Source: Nitrosopumilus sp. (GTDB taxonomy: Archaea > Thermoproteota > Nitrososphaeria > Nitrososphaerales > Nitrosopumilaceae). Taken from it: a stretch of DNA of 64,000 bases. The notes under the pieces were generated by a model, which was given only the letters and a program-made list of their open reading frames with translations, did not search any database and was not told the origin of the DNA. Of the stretch, positions 49,550 to 60,268 are shown piece by piece. The stretch spans positions 1,376,001 to 1,440,000 of the forward strand of contig OZ244651.1 in the NCBI GenBank assembly GCA_965218695.1, read 5' to 3'. The position numbers and the translations under genes were made by a program. Each line of letters begins with the position of its first letter. Position 1 is the first letter of the stretch.

Positions 49550-51201
49550 TGGTGTGAACCCAGATTCTTCTTGTACGCTGCAACCTCAGACTTCTCGACT
49601 TTTGTAAAGAGTGGCGAGATGGTGCCCAGCGCGTGTCCGGGCTTGACTCCCAGGGAGGACATGCCGTCCCACGCAGAATCTGCGACATTCCCGTCCATGC
49701 CAAGCTGGTCCCATATCCTCTGGGCACTCTCGGGAATAAACGGCATGACGGCAATTGCCAGGCTCCGCACCGCATTGACTGAGAGAAACACGCAGTTGTT
49801 GGCGCCGCTGCCCCTTTTCCAGGGCTCCTTGTGTTGGAAGTACTGGTTGAAGAACGAGGAGAACTCCATTATCCTCTTCAGGGCCCTGTCAAGATGGTTC
49901 TGTCTCATGAGTGTGCCCGCGTCGGCTGCAAGGGAGAGGATCTGCTCTTCTGCCTTGGCGTCCATCTCGTCAAAGGGCGTGGCCTCTGGAACCACTCCCT
50001 CAAAGGCCTTTTTGGTGAATCCAAGCGCCCGGTTGACAAGGTTTCCCAGGTTCCCGATAAGCTCCGAGTTGATTCGGACGGTAAAGTCGTCCCAGTCAAA
50101 GTTCAAGTCGTCCTGGGAGTACGGGTTGATGGAGACCAGGTAGAACCGCAGGTAGTCGGCAGGATAATACTTGAGGAATTCCCTCAGCCCGATGTACCAG
50201 TTTCTGCTCTTGGAGATCTTTCTCCCCTGAAGGGTCAGGTGGCCCCGGGTGGGTATGTAGTCGGGCAGCTTGTACTCGCTGTCAATCCCCAGCCTCATCG
50301 CGGGCAGGAACAGGTAGTGGTGGTATGCTATGTCCTTGCCGATAAAGTGGTAGATGTCTGCAGAGTTCCAGAACTCTTTTCCGTCAATCCCCCGGTCATT
50401 GAGAAACTTTACCGCAGTGGAGATGTACGCCAGGTGGTTGTCAAACCACCCGTAGAACACCTTGCCCTTTGCAGAATCAAGGGGGACCGGAACGCCCCAC
50501 GGGATGTCCCGAGTGATGTCCCAGTCGATGAGTCCGGACTTTATCCAGTTCTGGACGTACTTTTTGACGTCCTTTTGGAGGTGTTTATTGCCCTCGAGCC
50601 ACTCGGACAGCGAGTCTCCAAAGTTCCGGAGCCGGAAGAAGTAATGGGCGGTCTTTCTCTTTGTGGGGGGCTGGCTGCATATGGAGCACCTGGGATCGGC
50701 TATCTCGTCGGGCACGCGCCCGCAGCTCTCGCAGAGATCAGAGTACTGGTCACGTGCGCCACAGTACGGGCACGTTCCCTGGACGTACCTGTCAGGCAGG
50801 AACTTTTTGTCATGTTCGCAGTAGAACTGTATTATCTCCTGCTCGTAGATGTGTCCTGCATCGTTGAGCTTTTGAAACACGCCCTGGACGAACTCGATGT
50901 TCTCAGGCGAGCTGGTCCTGTAAAAGTAGTCAAAGTTTATGTTGAATGCGGCAAAGTCATCATAGTCGCGCCTGTTCCAGTGGGCCACATACTCTGCGGG
51001 GGTCTTTCCCTCCTTTTCTGACTGGATCAGTATAGGGGTTCCAAAGTCGTCAGAGGCGCAGATATAGTATGCGTCGACCCCGTTGAGCTTGAGAAACCGC
51101 GTCGTGACGTCTGCAGGAAGGTACGTGGATGCGACATGCCCCAGGTGTATCTCCCCGTTGGAGTAGGGCAGGGCGCTTGTGATGATTGCCTTTTCTGTCA
51201 A
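49546..51201 (-). CDS. metG: Methionyl-tRNA synthetase
   Basis: SALPY...HLGH, Zn knuckles, DITRD, KISKS. Confidence 0.97.
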   Translation of the reverse strand: MTEKAIITSALPYSNGEIHLGHVASTYLPADVTTRFLKLNGVDAYYICASDDFGTPILIQSEKEGKTPAEYVAHWNRRDYDDFAAFNINFDYFYRTSSPENIEFVQGVFQKLNDAGHIYEQEIIQFYCEHDKKFLPDRYVQGTCPYCGARDQYSDLCESCGRVPDEIADPRCSICSQPPTKRKTAHYFFRLRNFGDSLSEWLEGNKHLQKDVKKYVQNWIKSGLIDWDITRDIPWGVPVPLDSAKGKVFYGWFDNHLAYISTAVKFLNDRGIDGKEFWNSADIYHFIGKDIAYHHYLFLPAMRLGIDSEYKLPDYIPTRGHLTLQGRKISKSRNWYIGLREFLKYYPADYLRFYLVSINPYSQDDLNFDWDDFTVRINSELIGNLGNLVNRALGFTKKAFEGVVPEATPFDEMDAKAEEQILSLAADAGTLMRQNHLDRALKRIMEFSSFFNQYFQHKEPWKRGSGANNCVFLSVNAVRSLAIAVMPFIPESAQRIWDQLGMDGNVADSAWDGMSSLGVKPGHALGTISPLFTKVEKSEVAAYKKNLGSHQ

Positions 51202-51247
51202 TGTGGGGGGTAATGCAGGCTAATCTTAATAGTGTACGGTTATCGGT

Positions 51248-52460
51248 GGGTGTGTCCTAGTAATAAAAAATGCCATCCCATGTACCAGAATGCCAAAGAC
51301 ATGATTGGTGCCAGAACCCGTCGACGCCAACAGTGCCGCACCATCGATCCTCCACAACCCATAAAATCCCCCAAATCCAAGACACTGTGCGGAGGCTCCG
51401 CTAGGAGGCGCGTGTCAAGACGCGCCGGTTACGCTGCAAGTGTCGCGATTTGATCCTGTGTGAGCCTGCCGTCTTTTGCCTGCAATCTGGCCACGAGCTC
51501 GATGTTGTAGCACATGACACGGATCGCAGTCTCCCTTGTCCGGTTCTCGTGTTTTCGGCACCTGGTGCTGTCCCCGTACATCTTCTTGAGGGCGGCAAAG
51601 ACTGCCTCGATGATGCTGCGCTGGTGGTATTCCGAGTCAAACCTGTCCCGTTCATCCATGTACAGGCTTACCATCTCGCGCCACGACTGGCTTCCCCTGG
51701 CGTTGCGTATGGTGTTGGATTTTGGCTTGATGCGGGGCACCATTCCCATCGCAGATATCATGTTGCACATTAGCCTTGCCAGGTATGCAGAATCCAGGCA
51801 AAAGTCGCCGGTGCCCCGGCCTAACCTGCCGAGCATCGCGTACAGCCCGTTTATGTCTGCCACTGCGCTGTCAGTCACCATGCAGTCGATTATCACCCTG
51901 GTGCGGATATCCACGATTGCGTGCAGTTTGACCCATCCCTTTCTGGTACGAAAACTGTCGGTCCTGACGTCAAACCACCTGACAAACCGCAGGTACGAGT
52001 ATCCGGTACCGTCTGCTGCCAGGGAGCCTGCCTCCACCTCCCTGATGGCAATCCGGTGTGCCTCTGCCAGGTACCATTCCGGGATCAGGCCGTAGGCGCG
52101 TGCTATCGTGCTCTTGGAGGGAATTTTCTCTAGGCCCATCTTGGCTGCCATGGCGCTATTGTTTCGGAGGATGCCGACCATCTTACGGTAGGTCGTGCGC
52201 TGTGCCTCAAGCATGATGCAGACAGCTGCCATGGCGCCAGGCGGGTATGCCGTCATGCCGCCCAGGCCGGGCCTGACGGCGTACGGATCCCCAAGATTCT
52301 TGATTATTCCCAGCACGGTATTCAGCATGAGGCCCGACAGGTACTGCTGAACCAAATCGTACTGTCGTTGGTCGCGTTTCTTTGTAGTCATTAGGCGATG
52401 CCGTGATCCGCCGATCCATATCTTTTGTCATCCGGGGGTATATGCCTCTAGGACACACCC
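51248..52460 (-). mobile_element. IS5-family element type B, copy 1
   Basis: IR GGGTGTGTCCTAG; 9-bp TSD GTTATCGGT (51239-47 / 52461-69). Confidence 0.92.
51429..52391 (-). CDS. IS5 family transposase (type B)
   Basis: ADGTG, WVKLHA, LDSAY, YHQRSIIEAVF. Confidence 0.9.
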   Translation of the reverse strand: MTTKKRDQRQYDLVQQYLSGLMLNTVLGIIKNLGDPYAVRPGLGGMTAYPPGAMAAVCIMLEAQRTTYRKMVGILRNNSAMAAKMGLEKIPSKSTIARAYGLIPEWYLAEAHRIAIREVEAGSLAADGTGYSYLRFVRWFDVRTDSFRTRKGWVKLHAIVDIRTRVIIDCMVTDSAVADINGLYAMLGRLGRGTGDFCLDSAYLARLMCNMISAMGMVPRIKPKSNTIRNARGSQSWREMVSLYMDERDRFDSEYHQRSIIEAVFAALKKMYGDSTRCRKHENRTRETAIRVMCYNIELVARLQAKDGRLTQDQIATLAA

Positions 52461-52472
52461 GTTATCGGTTGT

Positions 52473-53984
52473 GTGTTGCATAATTACGCCTACTTCATTA
52501 GAAAATATGCGTAATCCAGAATTTTTTCAAACTCCGCGTTGACATGTTAGCCCTGCTGTCAAAAATTTATGATCCATCCAATTAAAACCAAAATATGCCG
52601 GTTCATACTGTTGTCGAATCAGAAAACAAGCGACCTGCAAAAAGAGAATAAGGCTCTCAGAGACATAATCAAGCGCCAGGACGCAGCTGCCAGGCACGAG
52701 CAAAGCCTGTGGCGCACACGGGACGGTTCCGAATCCGGAGCCGCAGGAGAGCCCGCCCTGTTGCACCGCGTGGAGGTGCTTGACGACATCATCAGAGTCG
52801 GGAAAAATCTTCATGACGCGACGCTGAAGTGCAGGGAACAGTTCCAATACATACTTGACAGGGCCGAGGCGTGGATAAGGCAAAGCGGCAAATCCCCACT
52901 CTTCAGGAATGACGAGACGAGGGCATCGGATCCCGGGAACCGCTGCAAGCTGTACCCAAGGCACGCGCTGCTCATGTCACTGATGTACAAAAAGGGCAAC
53001 CCCACGCAGGGCGTGCTTGCGGCATTCTTTGGAATAGACCAGGCAACCGTGTCCCGGTATATCGATGTACTAGACGAGGTGCTTGACGTGGCGCTGCCCA
53101 CTGCTGCCAACATCTCAAAGGAGATGGCAGACACGGAGACAAAAGAGGATCTCAAAAAAATAATTTCCGGACCTGACGGGGGCATCATGATGATCGACGG
53201 CACGCACTGCCCCATACAGAGGCCGGACGAAAAACAGATGAGAAGCATGATGTATTCTGGCAAGAAGAAAAAGTTCACCCTCAATACCACCGTGTGCATA
53301 AACGAAAACGGGGTGATAGTCGCCATATCCGACAGCACCGTGGGATCCGTCCACGACATCACGCTTCTCAGGGAGAGCCCGCTGCCATTTGGAAAGTGGT
53401 GGGACCGCATGTGCGACGAGAACACCCCCGAAGAGGACAGGGTCCACACCCTTACTGACCGCGGTTACAAGGGAATCGCAAAGGATATGCCCGGTACAAA
53501 CACCCTGCAGCCGCACAAGAAGACCAAGAACCACAAGCGCTTTACAAAGGAGGAAAAAGAACACAACCACAAAATCAATTCCGCCCGGGTAAAGGTAGAG
53601 CACTCCATTGGCAGGCTGAAGCGGTACGGCCGGCTTACCGCGCCATACAAGGGAAAGATTGGCGACTTTAACAGGGAATTTAACATAATAACCGGGCTTG
53701 TAAACCTGGACCTCGTGTGGAACTACCTGGAGAAGGGACCCCCTTCAGGCGGCAATCTGGGGCCGGTAATAAACTGGGAACAGGCAAACGTCCCCGGCAG
53801 CGCCGTTTCAAACAATTAATTCCGTGCACATCGCGGTGCTGCAAGGCTGCGCACGTTATTTCGCATTTCGGGCAGGACAGGATCCCCACATGGCTAACAT
53901 GGCGATAATTAAATTAGAATTTTTAATATTTTCTGGTTTTTCTGGTTTAACCCAACGAAATGGAGGGATTACGCATGGCTTCTA
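52473..53984 (+). mobile_element. IS5-family (ISL2-like, DDE_Tnp_4) element type C with truncated right IR
   Basis: Left end GTGTTGCATAATTACG...; only the inner part of the right IR survives (53966-84 vs reverse complement of 52499-517, 16/19). Confidence 0.75.
52569..53819 (+). CDS. IS5/ISL2-like transposase (HTH + DDE_Tnp_4)
   Basis: IDGTHCPIQRP, YSGKKK, DRGYKG, RVKVEHSIGRLK. Confidence 0.9.
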   Translation: MIHPIKTKICRFILLSNQKTSDLQKENKALRDIIKRQDAAARHEQSLWRTRDGSESGAAGEPALLHRVEVLDDIIRVGKNLHDATLKCREQFQYILDRAEAWIRQSGKSPLFRNDETRASDPGNRCKLYPRHALLMSLMYKKGNPTQGVLAAFFGIDQATVSRYIDVLDEVLDVALPTAANISKEMADTETKEDLKKIISGPDGGIMMIDGTHCPIQRPDEKQMRSMMYSGKKKKFTLNTTVCINENGVIVAISDSTVGSVHDITLLRESPLPFGKWWDRMCDENTPEEDRVHTLTDRGYKGIAKDMPGTNTLQPHKKTKNHKRFTKEEKEHNHKINSARVKVEHSIGRLKRYGRLTAPYKGKIGDFNREFNIITGLVNLDLVWNYLEKGPPSGGNLGPVINWEQANVPGSAVSNN

Positions 53985-54047
53985 TAGTACAATTCAGTTT
54001 CTCTGTCTTGATATGCCGGCGTTGGGAGTTCAATTATTGAAAATCTG

Positions 54048-55791
54048 GTAAGTGATTCGCTTTTTGAAGTGCCCTGATTCCCCTGCCGGTAGTCACCGTG
54101 CCGGGACGGAACCCAAGGATTTTTTCACGCTTTGTCAAAATTAATTGTCTGTAGAGATCCAAGTACTAGCGGGTGCCAGTCCCTTCAGCTAACCACAAAT
54201 GAAGGAACCGACACGCCAAACATGCTTGGAAGAGGAGGGATTTAAGGCAATCCTTGAACGTTCCGCGCAGGACTGCGGTGCCTGCATGAAATCCGAATGT
54301 AGATGCTGCCAGTACTGGTCAGGCGTGGTGCGTGATGCCGTGGATGCTGCCGTCAAGACCCTGAAAATGGCGCGCGAGGTTGCAGGTGCGTCAGACGGCA
54401 ATGAGGCGGAGAGTCTTCAGGCCCAGGTAAAGTCCCTGAAAGAAGACAACAAGAAGCACGCCGAGGCAAACCGCAAACTCAGCGCCCGGGCAAACGGGAT
54501 AAGCATGCCTTCCTCCAAAAAGAAGACCAATCCCGGTAAGGCAGGCAGGCCCAAGGGGCAAAAGGCCACGATCAACAAGAGGCCCGATAAGGTAGACTGC
54601 ACGGAGATCGTAGACTTTGACAGGTGCCCCGGGTGCGGCGGGAAGAACGTCTCGGAGAACCCCACGGGCGAATACGACCGGATCGTCAAGACGCTGACCC
54701 TGCTTGTAAAGACCATAAAGTACGTGACAGTCAGGCGCTGGTGCAGGGACTGCAAGAAACAGGTCTCTGCCAAGCCTCCCGGAACCGCGCCGCACGCGCG
54801 CTACGGGGCCAACGTCGGCGCCGTGCTCAACTTTTTGAATATGTCGGGTCTGTCCCACGCAAGATCCGCCGAATTCGCAGGCGACGCGCTTGGCACGCCC
54901 GTGTCCTGCTCGTCTGCATACAGGAACAAGATAAGCAGGGCCCTGCAGATGGCCCCGGAACGCGACGCCGTGAGGAAAAAGATCCTCAAAGAGCCGCACC
55001 TGGGGGCCGACGAGTTCCACTGGCCACTCAAGGGCAGGCGCGGCTACGGCGTGGTCGCACTCGGCAAGGAGTCGTGCCTGGTGGAAATAGTAGACTCCCG
55101 CAAGACAAAGACCATCAAGGGAGTACTGCCAGGCTACGAGGGGATCATCACGCAGGACTCGTACCCGGCGTGGCTCCATGTCGGGTCGGCCCGCCAGATG
55201 TGCGTGGTCCACCAGGAGCGCCTGGTGCAGAAGGATCTGGAGTGGAATCCAGGCGGGGACGTGACCGAATTCCTGGCCGGGCTGTCTGCCGTGCACAAAA
55301 AGATCTACCGCGCCTGGCGCGTCAAGGACCCGTATTCCAGGGCCGTGGCGGCTGACTGCATAGACTCGGAACCGGCGGGGCTGTTTGCCGCCCCGTACCA
55401 AGACGACAAGCACGGCACCATCGCCAAATACCGCAAGCGGCGCTACCGCGAGGGGTACTACATGACAACATGCCTGCGGACCCCGGGCATCAGTCCGGAC
55501 AACAACGCGGTGGAGAGAGCCAACCGAAGGTTCGTCTCAGTGAGGAACGACGGCGGGGGCAACCGGTCCCGGAAGGGCATGGACGCAAATTCCGTGCTGT
55601 TTACCATGCTGGCCACTGACCGCGTCCGTAGAGAAAGCTTCTTCGACCACTTGGTGCGTTCTGCGTCCGGCGACGGCTGACAACGGAGCCTGCGTCACCA
55701 TTTATTCGGCACGATCCGCGCTCTCGGATGGGGAGGCTGCGCGAGTATAGGCGCGCAAAGCCAGCGGAACTTCAAAAAGCGAATCACTTAC
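54048..55791 (+). mobile_element. IS66-family element type C
   Basis: 23-bp IR GTAAGTGATTCGCTTTTTGAAGT; 8-bp TSD AAAATCTG (54040-47 / 55792-99). Confidence 0.93.
54199..55680 (+). CDS. IS66 family transposase (type C)
   Basis: GADEFHW, QDSY, QMCVVH, PDNNAVERANR. Confidence 0.9.
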   Translation: MKEPTRQTCLEEEGFKAILERSAQDCGACMKSECRCCQYWSGVVRDAVDAAVKTLKMAREVAGASDGNEAESLQAQVKSLKEDNKKHAEANRKLSARANGISMPSSKKKTNPGKAGRPKGQKATINKRPDKVDCTEIVDFDRCPGCGGKNVSENPTGEYDRIVKTLTLLVKTIKYVTVRRWCRDCKKQVSAKPPGTAPHARYGANVGAVLNFLNMSGLSHARSAEFAGDALGTPVSCSSAYRNKISRALQMAPERDAVRKKILKEPHLGADEFHWPLKGRRGYGVVALGKESCLVEIVDSRKTKTIKGVLPGYEGIITQDSYPAWLHVGSARQMCVVHQERLVQKDLEWNPGGDVTEFLAGLSAVHKKIYRAWRVKDPYSRAVAADCIDSEPAGLFAAPYQDDKHGTIAKYRKRRYREGYYMTTCLRTPGISPDNNAVERANRRFVSVRNDGGGNRSRKGMDANSVLFTMLATDRVRRESFFDHLVRSASGDG

Positions 55792-56478
55792 AAAATCTGC
55801 GTTTTAGTGCGTCTGATAGTGTATGTAAAAAATGCTTGTCTGCAGTGTTTTGGGTACCAATGATCCGGTAATCACGTGGAATCAACAAGTCCTCAAATGG
55901 TTTTTCAGGATCTGTAGTTGGGATTTGCAAATTGTTGTATTCCAAGGCGGTAAATAACTGGCCAAAGGCCCTGTCAATATTTGCACGGTTAAATTCATCA
56001 ATTACAAGCCAGATTCCCCTATATTTTGAATTTTTTCCATTAATTTTTTTTCCAGCAAAAATTCTTTTCTTGGAATTGCTAGTTCCATCGACCCAATTTT
56101 GTGCCACGGTGTCAGTCACACACCCTTTCTGAATTGAATATATTATTTGGCCATCTTGATCAAGTTTTGGGTAGATTCCCCCAATCACATCTTGAGTTGT
56201 CCAGTCAGCAGTTGCAGTATGAACTTGAGCAAAATATCCTTTAAATTCCCTCCAGCCTAGGCGGGGCAAGATGGTAGCAAGATGAGTTTTTCCAGAACCT
56301 ACTGGCCCAACAAGAAGAATATTTTTTCCAGCAATCAAGGTACTAAAAATTTGATTTAGGGTATCATCATCTATCAAAATTTCTTCCTTGATAGATTTTC
56401 TTGCTTCTTCAAGAGATTTAGTGGATGGGAAGGGCAGTGCCACATCTTCAAAAACATCATTGGGTTTTTCCATTTCTA

Positions 56479-57573
56479 TAGTGGCGATCAAAAGTTCCTG
56501 CAAAATAATTCGGCTTTTCTGTTAAGGAATTTGAACAAATCCAGATTGAATCTTGCAGTTCGATAATACTGGGAGACGGCACTGTGCATGTCCAAGAAGG
56601 TTTTGTAGTATTCTGAGACAAGCAGGTTCCGTTTTCCTTGGTGCCAGCATTCTTCCACGGCGTTGAGATACGGCGAGCCTTTTGGCAGGTATATGATCTT
56701 GATGTTCTTGTTCTCGCGCAGCAGCGTCCGGACGGCTTTTGCGCGGTGCGGGGACGCCCTGTCCACCATGACGGCCACCTTCCCAAAATGCCTCTGCAGG
56801 GCCTTGAGGTACGCAACAAATGTGGGCGCGTTAAACCCGCTGGCAGTCCTGAAGAACTGCCTGCCATCGGTCGTGACTGAACCGTACACGGCGATTCTTT
56901 TGTGGCTTCCCGTATATGGCACGGTTATTGGCACCCCCACAGGCGACCAATACTTGCGACCCGATTTTACGTCGTGTATGAAGAACGCCTCGTCTTCCAC
57001 GACTGGGACAAAATCGTCCTTTTCTAGGCGTGAAATTCTCTTTTTGAGGCGATATTGCCAGCTTTTTACGGCCGTTTTGGTGGCCCTGTTGATGTGGATC
57101 CTTTGCGACCCCTTGGGAGACAGGCCGTATTTTTGCATGATTTTCCTGATATTCGTTCTGTGCATCTTTGTTCCCGTTTCCCTGTGTATGACCTGCTGCA
57201 GTTCGGCAGGAGTGGTCTTGAACCGGTCCACTACCTTGTCCAGTATGCCGTCCATCGCTTCCGGCGAAATCTTGGGCGGCCTGCCGGATCTGGGAAGATC
57301 CCGGAGGCCTTCGAGGCCTCCTTCCTCGTATCTGCGCATCCAGCGGTATACCCACCGGTCAGCCTGCAAGAGAATGTCTGCGGCATCGCTTATGCTCATC
57401 TTGCGCACGTGTACCATGTGCACTGCAAGCATTCTGACACGCACCCTGCCGTCTTTTTCCTTTTTGTACGCCTTTTCGAGTTCTTCCTGTTTTGTTTCGT
57501 CCATGCTGCGTTCAAGGACCACGGATCTACATAGTTTTCGGGCAGAATTTGTCAAAACTTTTGCGCGTCACTA
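56479..57573 (-). mobile_element. IS630-family element, copy 1 (divergent 5' end)
   Basis: TAGTG...CACTA ends; TA duplicated in a CTAG target. Confidence 0.9.
56488..57504 (-). CDS. IS630 family transposase
   Basis: RSGRPPK, EDEAFF, DRASPH, LPKGSPYLNAVEECW. Confidence 0.92.
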   Translation of the reverse strand: MDETKQEELEKAYKKEKDGRVRVRMLAVHMVHVRKMSISDAADILLQADRWVYRWMRRYEEGGLEGLRDLPRSGRPPKISPEAMDGILDKVVDRFKTTPAELQQVIHRETGTKMHRTNIRKIMQKYGLSPKGSQRIHINRATKTAVKSWQYRLKKRISRLEKDDFVPVVEDEAFFIHDVKSGRKYWSPVGVPITVPYTGSHKRIAVYGSVTTDGRQFFRTASGFNAPTFVAYLKALQRHFGKVAVMVDRASPHRAKAVRTLLRENKNIKIIYLPKGSPYLNAVEECWHQGKRNLLVSEYYKTFLDMHSAVSQYYRTARFNLDLFKFLNRKAELFCRNF

Positions 57574-58032
57574 TAGAATTTGATTATAGACACTTTCATT
57601 GATTTTAATGATAGAATTATACGGATTCCATTCTGGCAGTTTCTTGATTTTTTGCTGTAGCATAGGAGAGGCCTTGATTGCATTAGGTACTTGGTCAGAC
57701 GATGGTTCATGCTGTTCATCAAAATAATGAAAATCTTTCATCTTTGCCACATGTTTGTTATCTTCGGTCGTTGTAATATTTTCTACAGTCCCAAATCCCC
57801 AAAAATGCAAGTCTTCGTTATCTGTATAAAACCAGACTGTTGTGGTGTTTTGATTTATTGTAGCATAATTTGACACGTTTGGGCCATATTGGTATTTCTT
57901 ACCTAACATGTCATTCCAATACATTCTGTCTTTTTTCTTTCTTTTAAAGCTTGGAGTGTGACGGGGTGTGTCCTAGAGGCATATACCCCCGGATGACAAA
58001 AGATATGGATCGGCGGATCACGGCATCGCCTA

Positions 58033-58995
58033 ATGACTACAAAGAAACGCGACCAACGACAGTACGATTTGGTTCAGCAGTACCTGTCGGGCCTCATGCT
58101 GAATACCGTGCTGGGAATAATCAAGAATCTTGGGGATCCGTACGCCGTCAGGCCCGGCCTGGGCGGCATGACGGCATACCCGCCTGGCGCCATGGCAGCT
58201 GTCTGCATCATGCTTGAGGCACAGCGCACGACCTACCGTAAGATGGTCGGCATCCTCCGAAACAATAGCGCCATGGCAGCCAAGATGGGCCTAGAGAAAA
58301 TTCCCTCCAAGAGCACGATAGCACGCGCCTACGGCCTGATCCCGGAATGGTACCTGGCAGAGGCACACCGGATTGCCATCAGGGAGGTGGAGGCAGGCTC
58401 CCTGGCAGCAGACGGTACCGGATACTCGTACCTGCGGTTTGTCAGGTGGTTTGACGTCAGGACCGACAGTTTTCGTACCAGAAAGGGATGGGTCAAACTG
58501 CACGCAATCGTGGATATCCGCACCAGGGTGATAATCGACTGCATGGTGACTGACAGCGCAGTGGCAGACATAAACGGGCTGTACGCGATGCTCGGCAGGT
58601 TAGGCCGGGGCACCGGCGACTTTTGCCTGGATTCTGCATACCTGGCAAGGCTCATGTGCAACATGATATCTGCGATGGGAATGGTGCCCCGCATCAAGCC
58701 AAAATCTAACACCATACGCAACGCCAGGGGAAGCCAGTCGTGGCGCGAGATGGTAAGCCTGTACATGGATGAACGGGACAGGTTTGACTCGGAATACCAC
58801 CAGCGCAGCATCATCGAGGCAGTCTTTGCCGCCCTCAAGAAGATGTACGGGGACAGCACCAGGTGCCGAAAACACGAGAACCGGACAAGGGAGACTGCGA
58901 TCCGTGTCATGTGCTACAACATCGAGCTCGTGGCCAGATTGCAGGCAAAAGACGGCAGGCTCACACAGGATCAAATCGCGACACTTGCAGCATAG
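58033..58995 (+). CDS. IS5 family transposase (type B, identical protein to 51429-52391)
   Basis: Identical translation. Confidence 0.9.
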   Translation: MTTKKRDQRQYDLVQQYLSGLMLNTVLGIIKNLGDPYAVRPGLGGMTAYPPGAMAAVCIMLEAQRTTYRKMVGILRNNSAMAAKMGLEKIPSKSTIARAYGLIPEWYLAEAHRIAIREVEAGSLAADGTGYSYLRFVRWFDVRTDSFRTRKGWVKLHAIVDIRTRVIIDCMVTDSAVADINGLYAMLGRLGRGTGDFCLDSAYLARLMCNMISAMGMVPRIKPKSNTIRNARGSQSWREMVSLYMDERDRFDSEYHQRSIIEAVFAALKKMYGDSTRCRKHENRTRETAIRVMCYNIELVARLQAKDGRLTQDQIATLAA

Positions 58996-59166
58996 CTGGC
59001 GCGTTTCACCACGCGCCTCCTAGCGGAGCCTCCGCACCGTGTCTTGGATTTGGGGGATTTTATGGGTTGTGGAGGATCGATGGTGCGGCACTGTTGGCGT
59101 CGACGGGTTCTGGCACCAATCGTGTCTTTGGCATCTTGGCACATGAAATGGCATTTTTTATTACTA

Positions 59167-60268
59167 TAGTGAAAAGCAAAAATTCGTTCCAAGTTCAGCA
59201 CCTCAGACCGAAAACTATGTAGATCATCTGGTCGCCTAACGCGGCATGAGCAAAGTAACACGGGAAGAACTCGAAGCAGCATACAAAAAAGAAAAAGACC
59301 TCAGGGTGGGAGTCAGAATGCTTGCAGTGCACATGGTATATTTTCGCAAAGTGAGCATAGAGGATGCAGCCGTCAATCTTTTGCGATGCCCTCGATGGGT
59401 GCGCAACTGGCTGGAACGCTTCGAGAAGGGAGGCCTTGAAGGCCTCCTGGATCTTCCCAGATCCGGCAGGCCGCCCAAGATTTCGCCGGAAACAATGGAC
59501 GGCATACTGGACAAGGTAGACAGGTTCAAGACCACTCCTGCCGAACTGCAACAGGTCATACACAAGGAAACGGGAACAAGGATGCACAGGACGAATGTCA
59601 GGAAAATCATGCAAAAATACGGCCTGTCTCCCAAGGGGTCGCAAAGGATCCACATTAACAGGGCCACCAAAACGGCCGTAAAAAGTTGGCAATATCGCCT
59701 CAAAAAGAGAATTTCACGCCTAGAAAAGGACGGTTTTGTCCTGGCCGTGCAAGACGAGGCGTTCTTCATACACGACGTAAAATCGGGTCGCAAGTATTGG
59801 TCGCCTGTGGGGGTGCCAATAACCGTACCATATACTGGAAGCCACAAAAGAATTGCCGTGTACGGTTCAATCACGACGGACGGCAGGCAGTTCTTCAGGA
59901 CTGCCAGCGGGTTTAATGCGCCCACATTTGTTGCCTATCTCAAGGCCATGCAGAGGCATTTTGGGAAGGTGGCCGTCATGGTGGACAGGGCGTCCCCGCA
60001 CCGCGCAAAAGCCGTCCGGACGCTGCTGCGCAAGAACAAGAACATCAGGATCATATACCTGCCAAAAGGCTCACCGCATCTCAACGCCGTGGAAGAATGC
60101 TGGCACCAGGGAAAACGGAACCTGCTTGTCTCAGAATACTACAAAACCTTCTTGGACATGCACAGGGCCATCTCCCAGTATTATCGAACTGCGAGATTCA
60201 ATCTGGATTTGATCAAATTCTTTAACAGAAAAGCCGAATTATTTTGCAAGAACTTTTGATCGCCACTA
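59167..60268 (+). mobile_element. IS630-family element, copy 2
   Basis: TA TSD 59165-66 / 60269-70 in the CTAG of the IS5-B IR. Confidence 0.9.
59246..60259 (+). CDS. IS630 family transposase
   Basis: QDEAFF, DRASPH, LNAVEECW. Confidence 0.92.
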   Translation: MSKVTREELEAAYKKEKDLRVGVRMLAVHMVYFRKVSIEDAAVNLLRCPRWVRNWLERFEKGGLEGLLDLPRSGRPPKISPETMDGILDKVDRFKTTPAELQQVIHKETGTRMHRTNVRKIMQKYGLSPKGSQRIHINRATKTAVKSWQYRLKKRISRLEKDGFVLAVQDEAFFIHDVKSGRKYWSPVGVPITVPYTGSHKRIAVYGSITTDGRQFFRTASGFNAPTFVAYLKAMQRHFGKVAVMVDRASPHRAKAVRTLLRKNKNIRIIYLPKGSPHLNAVEECWHQGKRNLLVSEYYKTFLDMHRAISQYYRTARFNLDLIKFFNRKAELFCKNF

